Made by a program: the position numbers and the translations under genes | Part shown: positions 8,588 to 22,942 of the stretch, in pieces | How positions within the stretch are numbered: position 1 is the stretch's first letter | How the letters are laid out: each line of letters starts with the position of its first letter | The notes under the pieces: model-generated | Database searches by the model: none | Seen by the model: the letters and a program-made list of their open reading frames with translations, nothing else | Told to the model about the DNA's origin: nothing | Origin: an uncultured Sedimenticola sp. | Lineage (GTDB): Bacteria; Pseudomonadota; Gammaproteobacteria; Chromatiales; Chromatiaceae | Direction of reading: 5' to 3' | DNA: 64,000 nt | Assembly: GCA_964394235.1 (NCBI GenBank) | Contig: CAYMWJ010000003.1 | Coordinates: 10,896-74,895, forward strand

Positions 8588-8607
8588 GAGCGGTGTGCAA
8601 GGACGGA

Positions 8608-8775
8608 CTACTTTATCTTGCCTTCCTTGTAGATCACGTGCTTGCGGATGACCGGGTCGTACTTCTTGATCTCGAACTTGCCCGTCATGGTGCGCTTGTT
8701 CTTGGTGGTGGTGTAGAAGTGACCGGTGCCTGCGCTCGAGTTGAGCCGGATCTTTTCACGAACTGCCTTGGCCAT
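8608..8775 (-). CDS. rpmG: 50S ribosomal protein L33 (not in the ORF track, 55 aa)
   Basis: Translates as [55 protein letters not shown]. Confidence 0.96.
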   Translation of the reverse strand: MAKAVREKIRLNSSAGTGHFYTTTKNKRTMTGKFEIKKYDPVIRKHVIYKEGKIK

Positions 8776-8786
8776 GATGTTGCTCC

Positions 8787-9023
8787 TCAGACCTTCTCGC
8801 CACGTGCGCGCAGCTCGGCGAGCACGGCGTCGATGCCTTTCTTGTCGATGATGCGCATGCCGGCGGCGGAGACCCGCAGGCGGACGAAGCGCTGCTCGCT
8901 CTCCACCCAGAAACGATGGTAGTGGAGGTTCGGCAGGAAGCGGCGCCGCGTCTTGCGGTGTGAGTGAGACACGTTGTTGCCGGTCATCGGCCGCTTGCCC
9001 GTTACCTGACAGACTTTGGACAT
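8787..9023 (-). CDS. rpmB: 50S ribosomal protein L28
   Basis: [21 protein letters not shown]...RRFLPNL. Confidence 0.97.
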   Translation of the reverse strand: MSKVCQVTGKRPMTGNNVSHSHRKTRRRFLPNLHYHRFWVESEQRFVRLRVSAAGMRIIDKKGIDAVLAELRARGEKV

Positions 9024-9091
9024 GGTCGGAGCCCCAAAAATGCGGTTGATTTCATCGCCCCGAAACGCGGGGGCGGGCTGAAAGGAGCGTA

Positions 9092-9120
9092 TTTATAACA
9101 GAAGGCAGGGGGCAGAGCAA
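9092..9120 (-). promoter_or_regulatory. Sigma70 promoter for rpmBG
   Basis: Minus strand TTGCTC-N17-TATAAA. Confidence 0.6.
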
Positions 9121-9143
9121 GCACAACCGGCCCCGTGTGTAAT

Positions 9144-9380
9144 GTGGAAGTCAACACCGCAGAGCACACAGAGATCACAGAGGGGGTGAAGTTGAAGGTT
9201 GTCCCGGCGGGATTGTCACCCGCAGCTGGCGGGCCGAGGTCCATCAGCAGGAAAGTCCGTGCTTCGCCTTTTGCCATCGTCAAGCTCGGCGTGCTCTGTG
9301 CTCTCTGTGGCGCATGAAAACCAGGGGCATCAACACATCTTCCATGATCCGGGGTGTGGCCAGCGGGCGCATGAGAGTTG
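9144..9380 (+). repeat. Full copy of the CACAGAG/CTCTGTG-periodic hairpin repeat element
   Basis: Left arm CGCAGAG-CACAGAG-CACAGAG, degenerate right arm, shared core and CATGAGAGTTG tail. Confidence 0.85.
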
Positions 9381-9400
9381 GCCCAAGGCCGAGATGGGCG

Positions 9401-10636
9401 TTAGCAGTCATCTCCCCGAAAGTCACCTCCCTTGCCGGAATCTGCAGGCCGGCTTCGGTAGAGCATCTTCAGCAGGAAGGGCGGAATCAGCGTGGTGAAG
9501 GCGATCACCATGATCATGCCCGCGTAGACTGCGTCGTCGAAGATGCCGCTGGTGCGACCCAGCTCGGCGAAGATCAGCCCCACTTCGCCTCGGGGGATCA
9601 TGGCGACGCCGATGATGATGCGCTGGCGCAACGGTTCCGGGGTGAGCAGGGCGCCGCCGAACTTGCTGGCCACCGCCACCAGGAGGAAGAGGAGGAAAAA
9701 GGCCCAGATGAAGGCGGAACTCCAGTCCACTTCGTGCAGCTTGAGCGACAGCCCCACGGTGACGAAGAAGATGGGGGTGAAGAGCTGGATGATGGGGCGC
9801 ATCTGTGCCTCGATGCGCATGAAGAACGTGGGTGGGGTGCGCAGGGCGATGCCGAAGGGGAGGGCGAAGCGGCGTGAGAGTGCCAGCCCCGCGGCGAAGC
9901 CGCCGAGCAGTGCCGGCGCGCCCATGGCGTGGGCCAGCCAGGCGAAGAAGAGGACCAGTGACACGATGGCGGTGGGGATCAGCCCCGGCAGGTCGCTGGC
10001 GCTGTCCACGTGACGGATGAGGATGGAAATGAGCCGGGCGGCCACCGGTGCGATGAGAAAGAAGAGCAGGATGAAGAGCAGTACCTTGCTGGTGTTGCCC
10101 AGGGTGATGCCGCCGGCCACCGAGAACTCGTAGAGCAGGGCCAGCAGTACCACGCCGAGCACGTCGTCCAGCACCGCTGCGCCCAGCACGATCTGCCCCT
10201 CGCGGCTGTTGCGCTGTCCCAGATCGATGAGCACGCGCATGGTGATGCCGATACTGGTGGCGGTGAGGGCGCCGCCCACGAAGAGGGAGACCAGGGTAGG
10301 CAGGTCGAATGCCAGTTTGGCGAGCAGGAAGCCGAGTACGAAAGGCAGGGTGAACCCGGCCAGCGCCACCAGCACGGAGCTTCTTCCGGTGTTGATCAGC
10401 CTGCGGATATCGGTTTCCAGACCGACCTCGAAGAGCAGCAGCAGGATGCCGATCTCGGCGAGGAAGCGGATGGTCTCTCCGGGCTGGATGATGTCCAGCA
10501 GGCTGGGGCCGAGCAGGATCCCCGCTGTCAGTTCCCCGATGACGGCCGGTGCCCCCAGATGGACGGCGATCTCGGCGCACACCCGGGCCGTGACCAGGAT
10601 GATCAGCAGATAGAGAAAGAAGGTGGAGGTGTCCAT
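9401..10636 (-). CDS. Cation:proton antiporter (CPA2/NapA-KefB-like)
   Basis: Highly hydrophobic; GLETD, ATSIGIT, AAVLDDVLG, PRGEVGLI motifs. Confidence 0.9.
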   Translation of the reverse strand: MDTSTFFLYLLIILVTARVCAEIAVHLGAPAVIGELTAGILLGPSLLDIIQPGETIRFLAEIGILLLLFEVGLETDIRRLINTGRSSVLVALAGFTLPFVLGFLLAKLAFDLPTLVSLFVGGALTATSIGITMRVLIDLGQRNSREGQIVLGAAVLDDVLGVVLLALLYEFSVAGGITLGNTSKVLLFILLFFLIAPVAARLISILIRHVDSASDLPGLIPTAIVSLVLFFAWLAHAMGAPALLGGFAAGLALSRRFALPFGIALRTPPTFFMRIEAQMRPIIQLFTPIFFVTVGLSLKLHEVDWSSAFIWAFFLLFLLVAVASKFGGALLTPEPLRQRIIIGVAMIPRGEVGLIFAELGRTSGIFDDAVYAGMIMVIAFTTLIPPFLLKMLYRSRPADSGKGGDFRGDDC

Positions 10637-10862
10637 CTTCGGCGAGGATAACACCGGCTCGGCACCGCTGCTGCCCGATCAGGTGGACGGTGCCTGCAGG
10701 CCAGGCGGCAAGGCGCTGCTCGCTGTCGGGGCGGCCTGTTGACGATCTGCTGGATGAGACTCGGCCCGACGATCTCCTGTTGGCTCGGGGCCGCCTTTCT
10801 CTGCTGCGCCTCCTCCTTGCGGTACCAAGGCGTGTCACGGTCCCGGGGCAGCAGCACGGACG

Positions 10863-11537
10863 TCAGATCCAGCCGCGCTGCGCCAGCGAGCAGTGCTCGC
10901 CGTCGCCGATCACGATGTGGTCGAGCACGCGCACGTCGATCAGCGCCAGGGCCTCGCGCAGGCGCAGGGTGATCTGGCGGTCGGCCTCGCTGGGTTCGGC
11001 GACCCCCGAGGGGTGGTTGTGGCTGAGGATGACCGCTGCGGCATTGTGGGCCAGGGCGCGTCGCACCACCTCGCGCGGGTAGACGCTGGCGCCGTCTATG
11101 GTGCCGCGGAACAGCTCCTCGAAGGCGATCAGGCGGTGCCGGTTGTCGAGGAACAGTACCGCGAAGCACTCGCTCGGGGAGTCGCCCAGACGGGCCTGCA
11201 GGTAGTCGATGCACTTCTCCGGTGCGTCGATGGTGGCCCCGCGCCGCAGGCGTTCACCGATGTGCCGCCGGCTCATCTCCAGGACCGCCTGCAGCTGGGC
11301 ATACTTGGCATCGCCCAGCCCCGGTGCGGCACAGAAGTCGTGTCGCGAGGCGTTGAGGAGGGCGCGCAGACCGCCGAAACGTGTCAGCAGTTCGCGCGCC
11401 AGGTCCACCGCGCTGCGCCCCTTGACCCCGGTACGCAGGAAGATCGCCAGCAGCTCGGCATCGCTGAGTGCCGCCGCGCCCTGTGTCAGCAATTTTTCGC
11501 GTGGCCGTTCGTCGGCCGGCCAGTCTCGTATGCTCAT
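10863..11537 (-). CDS. radC: RadC/JAB domain protein
   Basis: PREKLL...LSDAELLAI; HNHPSG...PSEAD; VLDHIVIG; canonical position beside coaBC. Confidence 0.95.
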   Translation of the reverse strand: MSIRDWPADERPREKLLTQGAAALSDAELLAIFLRTGVKGRSAVDLARELLTRFGGLRALLNASRHDFCAAPGLGDAKYAQLQAVLEMSRRHIGERLRRGATIDAPEKCIDYLQARLGDSPSECFAVLFLDNRHRLIAFEELFRGTIDGASVYPREVVRRALAHNAAAVILSHNHPSGVAEPSEADRQITLRLREALALIDVRVLDHIVIGDGEHCSLAQRGWI

Positions 11538-11667
11538 GGTCTCGTCCCTGAAAGCCGATGAGGTGGATGGATTCTAGTCTGCTGGCCTGGCGGTGGACAG
11601 GGGAGGAGGCAACAGGATTGGAACGCAGATCATGGTATGCCGGGAGGTCAGTCAGTAAACTGGGGGC

Positions 11668-12900
11668 ATGACCGTGAGTGATCACTTTCGACTGCGTGCC
11701 CGGCGCGTCCTGCTGGGCGTGACCGGGGGCATCGCCGCCTACAAGGCCGCCGAGCTGGCGCGTCTGCTGATGCGTGCCGGGGCCGAGGTACAGGTGGTGA
11801 TGACCGAGGCGGCGGCGGCCTTCGTCGGTGAATTGACCTTGCAGGCGATCACCGGGCGGCCGGTGCGTCGGGCGCTGTTCGATCCCGCGCACGAGGCGGC
11901 CATGGGGCACATCGAGCTGGCGCGCTGGGCTGAGCTGATCCTGGTGGCGCCGGCGAGTGCCGATTTTCTGGCACGTCTGTGTGCCGGTCTGGCCGACGAT
12001 CTGCTGTCCACCCTGTGCCTGGCCAGCGAGGCCCCGCTGGCGGTGGCGCCGGCCATGAACCAGAATATGTGGAGACACCCGGCGACGGTTGCCAACCTCG
12101 AGGCCTTGCGCGCGCGCGGGGTGCGGGTCTGGGGGCCGGCCGAGGGGGAGCAGGCCTGTGGCGACCAGGGGCCAGGTCGTCTGCTCGAACCGGCCGAGCT
12201 GCTGGCACGGGTCGGCGGGCTGTTCGGAGAGGGGTGCCTGGCCGGGCGCAAGGCGGTGGTCACCGCCGGCCCGACGCGTGAACCACTCGATCCGGTGCGT
12301 TTCCTCGGCAACCGGAGTTCAGGCAAGATGGGCTATGCGGTGGCCGAGGCCCTGATGCGCGAGGGGGCGGAAGTGACCCTGGTCAGTGGCCCGGTGAGCC
12401 TGGCCGCGCCGCCGGGGGTGTGTCTCGTCCCGGTGGAGACGGCACTGGCGATGCGCGAGGCCGTGCTCGAGGCGGTGGTCGGGGCCGATCTGTTCGTGGC
12501 CTGCGCGGCGGTTGCCGACTACCGTCCGCGTGAGGTGGCGGATCACAAGATCAAGAAGACAGAAGAGACCTTGCAGGTCGTGCTGGTGAAAAATCCCGAT
12601 ATCCTGCGTGAAGTGGCGGCCCTGCCGGATCGCCCCTTCTGTGTGGGCTTTGCGGCGGAGACCGAGGCGCTGGCCGGACAGGCGGAAGCCAAGCGGCGAG
12701 CCAAGGGGATCGACATGATCGCCGCCAACCGGGTCGGGGGGGGCGAAGGGTTCGAAGTCGACCACAATGCGCTGCTGGTGCTCTGGGAAGGGGGACGTCT
12801 CGAATTGCCCCGGCAGCCGAAAACCCGACTGGCCGCGCAACTGGTCTCGTTGATTGCGGAGAGGATGGATGCACAGGCTACAACTGAAGATTCTCGATGA
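11668..12900 (+). CDS. coaBC: Bifunctional phosphopantothenoylcysteine decarboxylase/ligase
   Basis: [52 protein letters not shown]. Confidence 0.96.
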   Translation: MTVSDHFRLRARRVLLGVTGGIAAYKAAELARLLMRAGAEVQVVMTEAAAAFVGELTLQAITGRPVRRALFDPAHEAAMGHIELARWAELILVAPASADFLARLCAGLADDLLSTLCLASEAPLAVAPAMNQNMWRHPATVANLEALRARGVRVWGPAEGEQACGDQGPGRLLEPAELLARVGGLFGEGCLAGRKAVVTAGPTREPLDPVRFLGNRSSGKMGYAVAEALMREGAEVTLVSGPVSLAAPPGVCLVPVETALAMREAVLEAVVGADLFVACAAVADYRPREVADHKIKKTEETLQVVLVKNPDILREVAALPDRPFCVGFAAETEALAGQAEAKRRAKGIDMIAANRVGGGEGFEVDHNALLVLWEGGRLELPRQPKTRLAAQLVSLIAERMDAQATTEDSR

Positions 12901-13324
12901 GCGCCTGGGCAGCGAGTTCCCGCTGCCCGATTATGCCACGGCGGGCTCTGCCGGGATGGACCTGCGGGCCATGCTCGAGGCGCCACTGGCGCTGGCGCCC
13001 GGTGAGACCGAGCTGATCCCCACCGGTATCGCCATCCATATCGGTGACCCCTCGCTGGCGGCGGTGATCCTGCCGCGCTCTGGCCTGGGCCACAAGCATG
13101 GCATCGTGCTGGGCAACCTGGTGGGGTTGATCGATTCCGACTATCAGGGGCAGCTGTATGTCTCCTGCTGGAACCGGGGGCAGAAGGAGTTTCGTATCGA
13201 GGTCGGCGAGCGCATCGCCCAGCTGGTGTTGCTGCCGGTGGTGCGCGCGGTGTTCGAGCAGGTCGAGGAGTTCGAGACCAGCGAGCGCGGCGCCGGTGGG
13301 TTCGGACATTCAGGGCGGCACTGA
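12869..13324 (+). CDS. dut: dUTP diphosphatase
   Basis: [41 protein letters not shown]. Confidence 0.97.
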   Translation: MHRLQLKILDERLGSEFPLPDYATAGSAGMDLRAMLEAPLALAPGETELIPTGIAIHIGDPSLAAVILPRSGLGHKHGIVLGNLVGLIDSDYQGQLYVSCWNRGQKEFRIEVGERIAQLVLLPVVRAVFEQVEEFETSERGAGGFGHSGRH

Positions 13325-13329
13325 CGGAC

Positions 13330-16766
<3,437 letters not shown>

Positions 16767-16767
16767 G

Positions 16768-17352
16768 ATGCCGAAACCGTCCCGCAAACGACAGATCCTC
16801 GAGACCCTGGCGCGTGAACTCGAGGTCAACCCGGGAGAGCGGATCACCACCGCCGCGCTGGCACGTGCGGTGGGGGTCTCCGAGGCGGCCCTGTATCGGC
16901 ATTTCCCTAGCAAGGCCCGCATGTTCGAGGGGCTGATCGCCTTTGCCGAGGAGGCGGTCTTCGTGCGTATCAACCAGATCCTCGAGGCAGAGAAGAGCAC
17001 CCAGGTGCGTTGCGCCCAGGTGCTCTACCTGCTGCTGGGCTTTGCCGACCGCAATCCTGGCATCACGCGCGTCCTGCTGGGGGACGCCCTGGTCGGCGAG
17101 CGTGAGCGCCTGCTCGAGCGGGTGCAGCAGTTCTTCGATCGCATCGAGGCGCAACTGCGGCAGATCCTGCGCGAGCAGGCCCTGCGTGGCGACGGTCGTC
17201 TGCAAGTGGAACCCGAGGCCGGGGCGGCCCTGCTCACCGCCTATGTCGAGGGGCGTTTGCACCAGTTCCGGCGTTCGCGTTTCGAGCGCTCCTGTCTCGC
17301 CGCCTGGGAGGCCGAGTGGCAGGTGTTGCAGGCGGGGCTATTTGCCGACTGA
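16768..17352 (+). CDS. slmA: Nucleoid occlusion factor (TetR family)
   Basis: RKRQILETLA...ITTAALARAVGVSEAALYRHFPSKARMFEGLI; canonical synteny after argB. Confidence 0.92.
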   Translation: MPKPSRKRQILETLARELEVNPGERITTAALARAVGVSEAALYRHFPSKARMFEGLIAFAEEAVFVRINQILEAEKSTQVRCAQVLYLLLGFADRNPGITRVLLGDALVGERERLLERVQQFFDRIEAQLRQILREQALRGDGRLQVEPEAGAALLTAYVEGRLHQFRRSRFERSCLAAWEAEWQVLQAGLFAD

Positions 17353-18354
17353 AGCGGCGTCTTCCCTGTCGATATACTGCTGCATGGCCTCGACGAACTG
17401 CCGTGGCAGGTCGCGTACCGAGGCGCGCTGGCAGAATTCCCGGCCCGAGACGCTGTTCATGCAGGACAGGTCCAGGAAGATGCGCTCCACCCCACTGCGC
17501 CGGAGGCGCGATACCGTGAGGCTGATGTCGGTGGGCTTGCGTGCTGCATGGGTGACCAGGATGCGTTCGCCCACGATCTCGATCGGTGTGGTGGCATGCT
17601 GTCGGACCCATTCCTTGGCCAGCGGCCAGAGGCGGTCGCACTGGTTGCTGTCGCGGCAGACCACCGCGCCATCGACTGGGATGATGCGTGGTGGCTCGTG
17701 TACCGGTTCCACATCGGCGGGTGAGTTGGCGCGGAAGCCTTGCTTGAGTTGCCGGAAGCGATCCAGCTCGCGCTGGTACTGGGCGGAGATGCGTTTCTTG
17801 TCGGCTTCGCGCTCGACGATGCCGGCGTAGGTATTCTCCATCTGCTGCTGGATGTTGTGCAGGTTCTCCTGCTGCTGGGGCGTGGGCTTCAGGCCCTTGC
17901 GCTCGCGTGCCGCGGCCTGCGTCTGCCACTTGCTGAGCTGGCGCTTGAGTTGCTCGATGCGGGCCTTCTTGAGGCGGATCTGGGCATCGATCTGCATCAG
18001 CTTGCTGTCGCGCACCAGGATCAGGTCGTCTTCCGTGCGGTACAGATCCAGCAGGATACGGTCACGCTCACGCTGTTCCTCGATCATGCGTTGCTGCTCC
18101 TGACGCAGGGCCTCGAGTTCGCGCTCGCGTGCAATCTCCTCCGGTGTCTTGGCGCGTTCCACATGCTTGACGGAAAAGCCGCGTTCGTTGAGTTCCTCGT
18201 GTGCCCGATTCACGTATTGCGGAGGGATCGACGTTCCATAATGGGTGACGCCATTCTCGTCTACCCACTTCTTGATGGTGACACCCGCTGCGGGGCCGGC
18301 GAGCATGACCGCCAGCGCGCACCACACGATCGATCTGGCGGGACGGAACCTCAT
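17338..18354 (-). CDS. DUF4124 domain secreted coiled-coil protein
   Basis: Signal peptide, KKWVDENGVTHYG (DUF4124), central coiled coil, Cys-containing C-terminal domain. Confidence 0.75.
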   Translation of the reverse strand: MRFRPARSIVWCALAVMLAGPAAGVTIKKWVDENGVTHYGTSIPPQYVNRAHEELNERGFSVKHVERAKTPEEIARERELEALRQEQQRMIEEQRERDRILLDLYRTEDDLILVRDSKLMQIDAQIRLKKARIEQLKRQLSKWQTQAAARERKGLKPTPQQQENLHNIQQQMENTYAGIVEREADKKRISAQYQRELDRFRQLKQGFRANSPADVEPVHEPPRIIPVDGAVVCRDSNQCDRLWPLAKEWVRQHATTPIEIVGERILVTHAARKPTDISLTVSRLRRSGVERIFLDLSCMNSVSGREFCQRASVRDLPRQFVEAMQQYIDREDAASVGK

Positions 18355-18429
18355 GTCATGCACCTCTGTCGGGATTGCGGCCTACGGGCTCATTATAATG
18401 CCCGGGTTTCGACATCACCCGGATTCTCC

Positions 18430-19176
18430 GTGGACCAGCTCATACTTTTTGCCGTTTCCCTGGTTGCCAATACCTTTTCGGCCTTCGCCGGGGGCGGTGC
18501 CGGCCTGTTGCAACTGCCGATCCTGATCTTCCTCGGCCTGCCTTTCGCCATTGCCCTGGCGACGCACAAGGTCGCTTCGGTGGCACTGGGAGTGGGCGCC
18601 ACCCTGCGCCACCTGCGCGAAGGTCATCTCGAACGGCGCTTCGTGCTGTTCATCCTCGCTACCGGACTGCCGGGGGTGGTGCTCGGTGCCTCGGTCATCC
18701 TCCAGGTACCGGGACGCTGGGCAGAGATCGCACTGGGCCTGCTCACCCTGGGCCTGGGCGTCTATTCCTTCGTTCGCAAGGAGCTGGGGCAGGTGATGCG
18801 CCTGCAGCATCAGCGCGGTCGGGGGTTGTGGTTCGGTGGCCTGGTGCTGTTTCTCATCGGTGTACTCAATGGCTCGCTCACCTCGGGTACCGGGCTGTTC
18901 GTCACCCTCTGGCTGGTGCGCTGGTTCGGTGCCGACTACAAGAGCGCCGTGGCCTATACGCTGATCCTGGTCGGCCTGTTCTGGAACGGCAGCGGTGCGC
19001 TCACCCTCGGCCTGCTCGGTGAGATCCGCTGGGACTGGCTGCCGGCCCTGTTGGCGGGTTCGCTGGCCGGCGGCTATCTCGGTGCGCACCTGGCCATCCG
19101 CCAGGGCAACCGCTGGATCAAGCGGGTGTTCGAGATCGTGACGGTGCTGGTGGGGATCAGGCTGATCCTGGGGTGA
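18430..19176 (+). CDS. Sulfite exporter TauE/SafE family membrane protein
   Basis: AGGGAGLL, hydrophobic repeats, SGTGLF; GTG start inferred. Confidence 0.82.
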   Translation: MDQLILFAVSLVANTFSAFAGGGAGLLQLPILIFLGLPFAIALATHKVASVALGVGATLRHLREGHLERRFVLFILATGLPGVVLGASVILQVPGRWAEIALGLLTLGLGVYSFVRKELGQVMRLQHQRGRGLWFGGLVLFLIGVLNGSLTSGTGLFVTLWLVRWFGADYKSAVAYTLILVGLFWNGSGALTLGLLGEIRWDWLPALLAGSLAGGYLGAHLAIRQGNRWIKRVFEIVTVLVGIRLILG

Positions 19177-19186
19177 CTCCTTTTGT

Positions 19187-19495
19187 CACCACGAAGGGCA
19201 CGAAGAACACAAAGAATGCCTTGCATGGCAAGGATACTCAGCGAAAGCGCTGTCGGGTCAGCGGCAATGCCATTGGTTGTAAGCAGGGTGCTCATGTTCG
19301 GGGCCGGCAGCGGTCCAGTTCAGGGAATGCCGTCAACCCATCCCTGGGGGCTTGACGGTGGCATCCCTGCCAGTGATATCCCTGACCTGGGCCACTGCCA
19401 GCCCTTGAGTCAATGACATTGGGTTGACAGGCCCTTTGCGAACCTTTGCGGTGGAATCAAAGGAGCCGTCTTCGTGTTCTTCGTGCGCTTCGTGG
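19187..19495. repeat. CACGAAG/CTTCGTG-periodic inverted-repeat element with a nested REP-like palindrome
   Basis: Left caccacgaagggcacgaagaacacaaag; right cttcgtgttcttcgtgcgcttcgtgg; inner palindrome at 19321..19369. Confidence 0.8.
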
Positions 19496-19502
19496 AAATC
19501 TT

Positions 19503-20141
19503 TCAGATGCCGTATTCGGCGCGATAGGCGCGGATCCGTTCCAGGTCCTGCTCGTCACCGCGTTGCTCCAGGTAGCCGATGAGGTCTTCCAGCCGCGCGA
19601 TGGCGGCGACCGGGATGCCGTAGTCGGCCTCGACTTCCTGGATGGCCGAACGCTCGCCCTGGCCCCGTTCCTGGCGGTCGAGCGCGATGACCACGCCAGC
19701 GGGGGTGGCGCCTTCGGCGGCGATGATGTCCATGGACTCGCGGATCGCGGTGCCGGCGGTGATGACATCGTCGATGATGAGGATGCGGCCCTCCAGCGGA
19801 TGACCGACGATGCGCCCGCCCTCGCCGTGGGTCTTGGCCTCCTTGCGGTTGAAGGCATAGGGCTTGTCGATGCCGTGGTGCTCGAACAGTGCGGCGGCGG
19901 TGACCGCGGCCAGCGGGATGCCCTTGTAGGCCGGGCCGTAGAGTACGTCGAAGTCGATGTCCGCCTCGACGATGGCCTGCGCGTAGAAGCGGCCCAGGCG
20001 TGCCAGGGCGCCGCCGGTGTCGAACAGGCCGGCATTGAAGAAGTAGGGGCTGATGCGCCCGGATTTCAGCGTGAACTCGCCGAAGCGCAGCACGCCGCGT
20101 TCGAGGGCGAAGTCGAGAAAATCGCGTCGAAAGTCCTGCAT
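19503..20141 (-). CDS. pyrE: Orotate phosphoribosyltransferase
   Basis: [48 protein letters not shown]. Confidence 0.97.
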   Translation of the reverse strand: MQDFRRDFLDFALERGVLRFGEFTLKSGRISPYFFNAGLFDTGGALARLGRFYAQAIVEADIDFDVLYGPAYKGIPLAAVTAAALFEHHGIDKPYAFNRKEAKTHGEGGRIVGHPLEGRILIIDDVITAGTAIRESMDIIAAEGATPAGVVIALDRQERGQGERSAIQEVEADYGIPVAAIARLEDLIGYLEQRGDEQDLERIRAYRAEYGI

Positions 20142-20183
20142 GACGGGCCTCATTCGTGGTGGGGCGCCAGTATAATGCGACGG

Positions 20184-20957
20184 ATGCGCGTCATCACCTG
20201 TAATCTCAACGGCATCCGCTCGGCGGGCCGCAAGGGTTTCTTCCACTGGCTGCGCCGGCAGAAGGCCGATGTGGTCTGTCTGCAGGAACTCAAGGCCCAG
20301 GTCCACCAGCTCGAGGAGTCACTGTACTGGCCGCCCAGCTTTCATTGCTACTACCACCCGGCGGAGAAGAAGGGCTACAGTGGGGTGGGCATCTATTGTC
20401 GGCGCAAACCAGACGAGGTAATCGAGGGTGTAGGCCGGCCCGAGTTCGATCGTGAAGGGCGCTGGATCGAGGCCCGCTTCGGTGACCTGCACATCGTCTC
20501 GCTCTACCTGCCCTCGGGCTCGTCCAGCGAAGAACGCCAGCAGGTGAAGTTTCAGGTACTCGACTGGCTGCTGCCGTATCTGGTCGAGCGCCGCGAGGCA
20601 GGCCAGCGGTTGATCGTCTGTGGCGATCTGAACATCGCGCACAAGAAGGAAGACCTGAAGAACTGGCGCGGCAACCAGAAGAACTCGGGTTTCCTGCCCG
20701 AGGAGCGCGCCTGGATGGACCGTCTGTTTGGTGAGGCGGGTTTCGTCGATGCCTTCCGTCAGATCAACCGCGAAGCCGACCAGTACACCTGGTGGTCGAA
20801 CCGCGGGCGGGCCTGGGAAAAGAACGTGGGTTGGCGTATCGACTACCAGGTGGTCACGCCGGACCTGGCCGAGCGTGTGCAGGCCGCCAGCATCTACAAG
20901 CGCAAGCGCTTTTCCGACCACGCACCGCTGATCATGGATTATGCACTCGAGGACTGA
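20184..20957 (+). CDS. xth: Exodeoxyribonuclease III
   Basis: [48 protein letters not shown]; TATAAT 7 nt upstream of the ATG. Confidence 0.95.
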   Translation: MRVITCNLNGIRSAGRKGFFHWLRRQKADVVCLQELKAQVHQLEESLYWPPSFHCYYHPAEKKGYSGVGIYCRRKPDEVIEGVGRPEFDREGRWIEARFGDLHIVSLYLPSGSSSEERQQVKFQVLDWLLPYLVERREAGQRLIVCGDLNIAHKKEDLKNWRGNQKNSGFLPEERAWMDRLFGEAGFVDAFRQINREADQYTWWSNRGRAWEKNVGWRIDYQVVTPDLAERVQAASIYKRKRFSDHAPLIMDYALED

Positions 20958-22281
20958 ACGTATCGGCTGGCGCGAAGCCCTGTGGCACCTGCGTGACTGG
21001 CGGGTGCTGCGCATCGGCCTGCTGGGTTTCTCCTCCGGCCTGCCGCTGCTGCTGGTATTCGGCACCCTGTCGTTCTGGCTGCGCGAGGCGGGCATCGACC
21101 GCTCCACCATCGGCTACATCAGTTGGGTGGCGTTGGCCTATGCCTTCAAGGTGGTCTGGTCGCCGCTGGTCGATCGCCTGCCCATTCCCGTGCTCACACC
21201 GGTCCTGGGGCGTCGCCGGGCCTGGCTGTTGGCTACCCAGCTGGTAATTGCCGGCGGCCTGGTGGGGATGGCCTTGAGTGATCCGGCGTGGCAGCTCGAA
21301 CGGGTGGTCTGGCTGGCGCTACTGGTGGCGGTCGCCTCGGCAACCCAGGACGTGGCAGTGGATGCCTACCGTATCGAGAGCGCGGGCACGCGGATGCAGG
21401 GCATCCTTACCGCCTTCTACACCACCGGCTACCGGGTCGCCATGTTCGTGGCCTCGGCAGGTGCCTTGTGGATCGCCGCGCGTTTCGATCCGGACGAGGC
21501 CAGCTATCAGCAGGGACCCTGGCTGGCCGCCTACGGCAGCATGGCCCTGCTGATGGGGGTCGGCATCCTCACCACCCTGTTCTCGCCGGAGCCCGAGCGC
21601 ACCGTGGTGCCCGAGCCACTGACGGGGGATCGGATGGAACGGCTGGCCGCCTGGCTGCGCAGTGCGGTCTGGGAGCCTTTCGCCGAGTTTTTCCGGCGTT
21701 ACGGCGGCAAGGCCGCGCTGGTGCTGGCACTGATTGCCGGCTACCGGTTGTCGGACATCGTGCTCGGGGCCATTGCCAATGTGTTCTACAAGGACATGGG
21801 GTTTTCCAAGGACGAGATCGCGCTGGTCTCCAAGGGTTTCGGCATCTATGTGACCATCTTTGGTGGCTTCCTGGGCGGGCTGGCGGTCTATCGCTTCGGG
21901 GTGATGGTGGTGTTGTTCGTCGGTGCCGTACTGGCCGCGGCGACCAATCTGCTGTTCGCCTGGCTGGCGCTGCGTGGGCACGATTTCTGGGGACTGGTGG
22001 CAGTGGTGGGCATGGACAACCTCGCCGCCGGGGTGGCCATCTCGGCCTTCGTGGCCTATCTCTCCGGGTTGGTGAACATCCGTTTCTCGGCCACCCAGTA
22101 TGCCCTGTTCAGCTCGGTGATGTTGCTGCTGCCCAAGTTTCTGGGTGGCTTCTCGGGGGTGCTGGTCGATCGCCTGGGCTATCCGGCCTTCTTCACCCTC
22201 ACCGCGCTGGCCGGAGTGCCGGTGCTGCTGCTGGTCGCCGCGGCCTGGCGTTGGACCGAGGTGCGGGTGGACGATGATTGA
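20941..22281 (+). CDS. ampG: AmpG-like muropeptide MFS transporter
   Basis: LGFSSGLP, KVVWSPLVD, GRRRAW, SATQDVAVDAYRIE, ATQYALFSS. Confidence 0.88.
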   Translation: MHSRTERIGWREALWHLRDWRVLRIGLLGFSSGLPLLLVFGTLSFWLREAGIDRSTIGYISWVALAYAFKVVWSPLVDRLPIPVLTPVLGRRRAWLLATQLVIAGGLVGMALSDPAWQLERVVWLALLVAVASATQDVAVDAYRIESAGTRMQGILTAFYTTGYRVAMFVASAGALWIAARFDPDEASYQQGPWLAAYGSMALLMGVGILTTLFSPEPERTVVPEPLTGDRMERLAAWLRSAVWEPFAEFFRRYGGKAALVLALIAGYRLSDIVLGAIANVFYKDMGFSKDEIALVSKGFGIYVTIFGGFLGGLAVYRFGVMVVLFVGAVLAAATNLLFAWLALRGHDFWGLVAVVGMDNLAAGVAISAFVAYLSGLVNIRFSATQYALFSSVMLLLPKFLGGFSGVLVDRLGYPAFFTLTALAGVPVLLLVAAAWRWTEVRVDDD

Positions 22282-22942
22282 GGTCGGCCTGCTCGGTGCC
22301 CTGCTGGTGGGGCTGCTCGGTGGCGTGCACTGCGTGGGCATGTGCGGCGGTATCGTCGGCGCCCTCTCGCTGGGCCTGCCGGCCGGGCGTTCGCGCTGGC
22401 CGCTGTTGCTGGCCTACAACCTCGGGCGGGTCGCCAGCTATACCCTGGCCGGTGCCATCGCCGGTGGCCTGGGGATGTTCTTCTCGGGGCTGCTGCCGGT
22501 GCAGCAGGCGCAACGGGTGCTGCTGGGGGTGGCCGGGATCTTCATGCTGCTGCTGGGGCTCTACCTGGGCGGCTGGTGGCGCCTGCTGGCACGTGTGGAA
22601 CAGGCGGGTGGCATGCTGTGGCGGCGTATCGAGCCCTGGGGGCGCGGTCTGCTGCCGGTGCGGCGTCCTGCCCAGGCGCTGGCGCTGGGCGCGCTCTGGG
22701 GCTGGCTGCCCTGCGGGCTGGTCTACAGCGTGCTGATCTGGTCGGTCTCGGCCGGTGGGGCGCTGGAGGGGGCGTTGCTGATGCTGCTCTTCGGGTTGGG
22801 CACGCTGCCCAACCTGTTGCTGATGGGGGCGGCAGCCGCAACCGTGCAGCGTTTCGTGCGCCGCCCCGGGGTCAGGCAGGCCGCGGGGGCGCTGGTGGCA
22901 GCCTTGGGTCTGTGGCAGCTCTGGCGCGCGCTCAGCGGGTGA
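22274..22942 (+). CDS. TauE/SafE-like (DsbD_2) membrane protein
   Basis: HCVGMCGG, YNLGRVASY, GWLPCGLVY, FGLGTLP. Confidence 0.88.
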   Translation: MIEVGLLGALLVGLLGGVHCVGMCGGIVGALSLGLPAGRSRWPLLLAYNLGRVASYTLAGAIAGGLGMFFSGLLPVQQAQRVLLGVAGIFMLLLGLYLGGWWRLLARVEQAGGMLWRRIEPWGRGLLPVRRPAQALALGALWGWLPCGLVYSVLIWSVSAGGALEGALLMLLFGLGTLPNLLLMGAAAATVQRFVRRPGVRQAAGALVAALGLWQLWRALSG

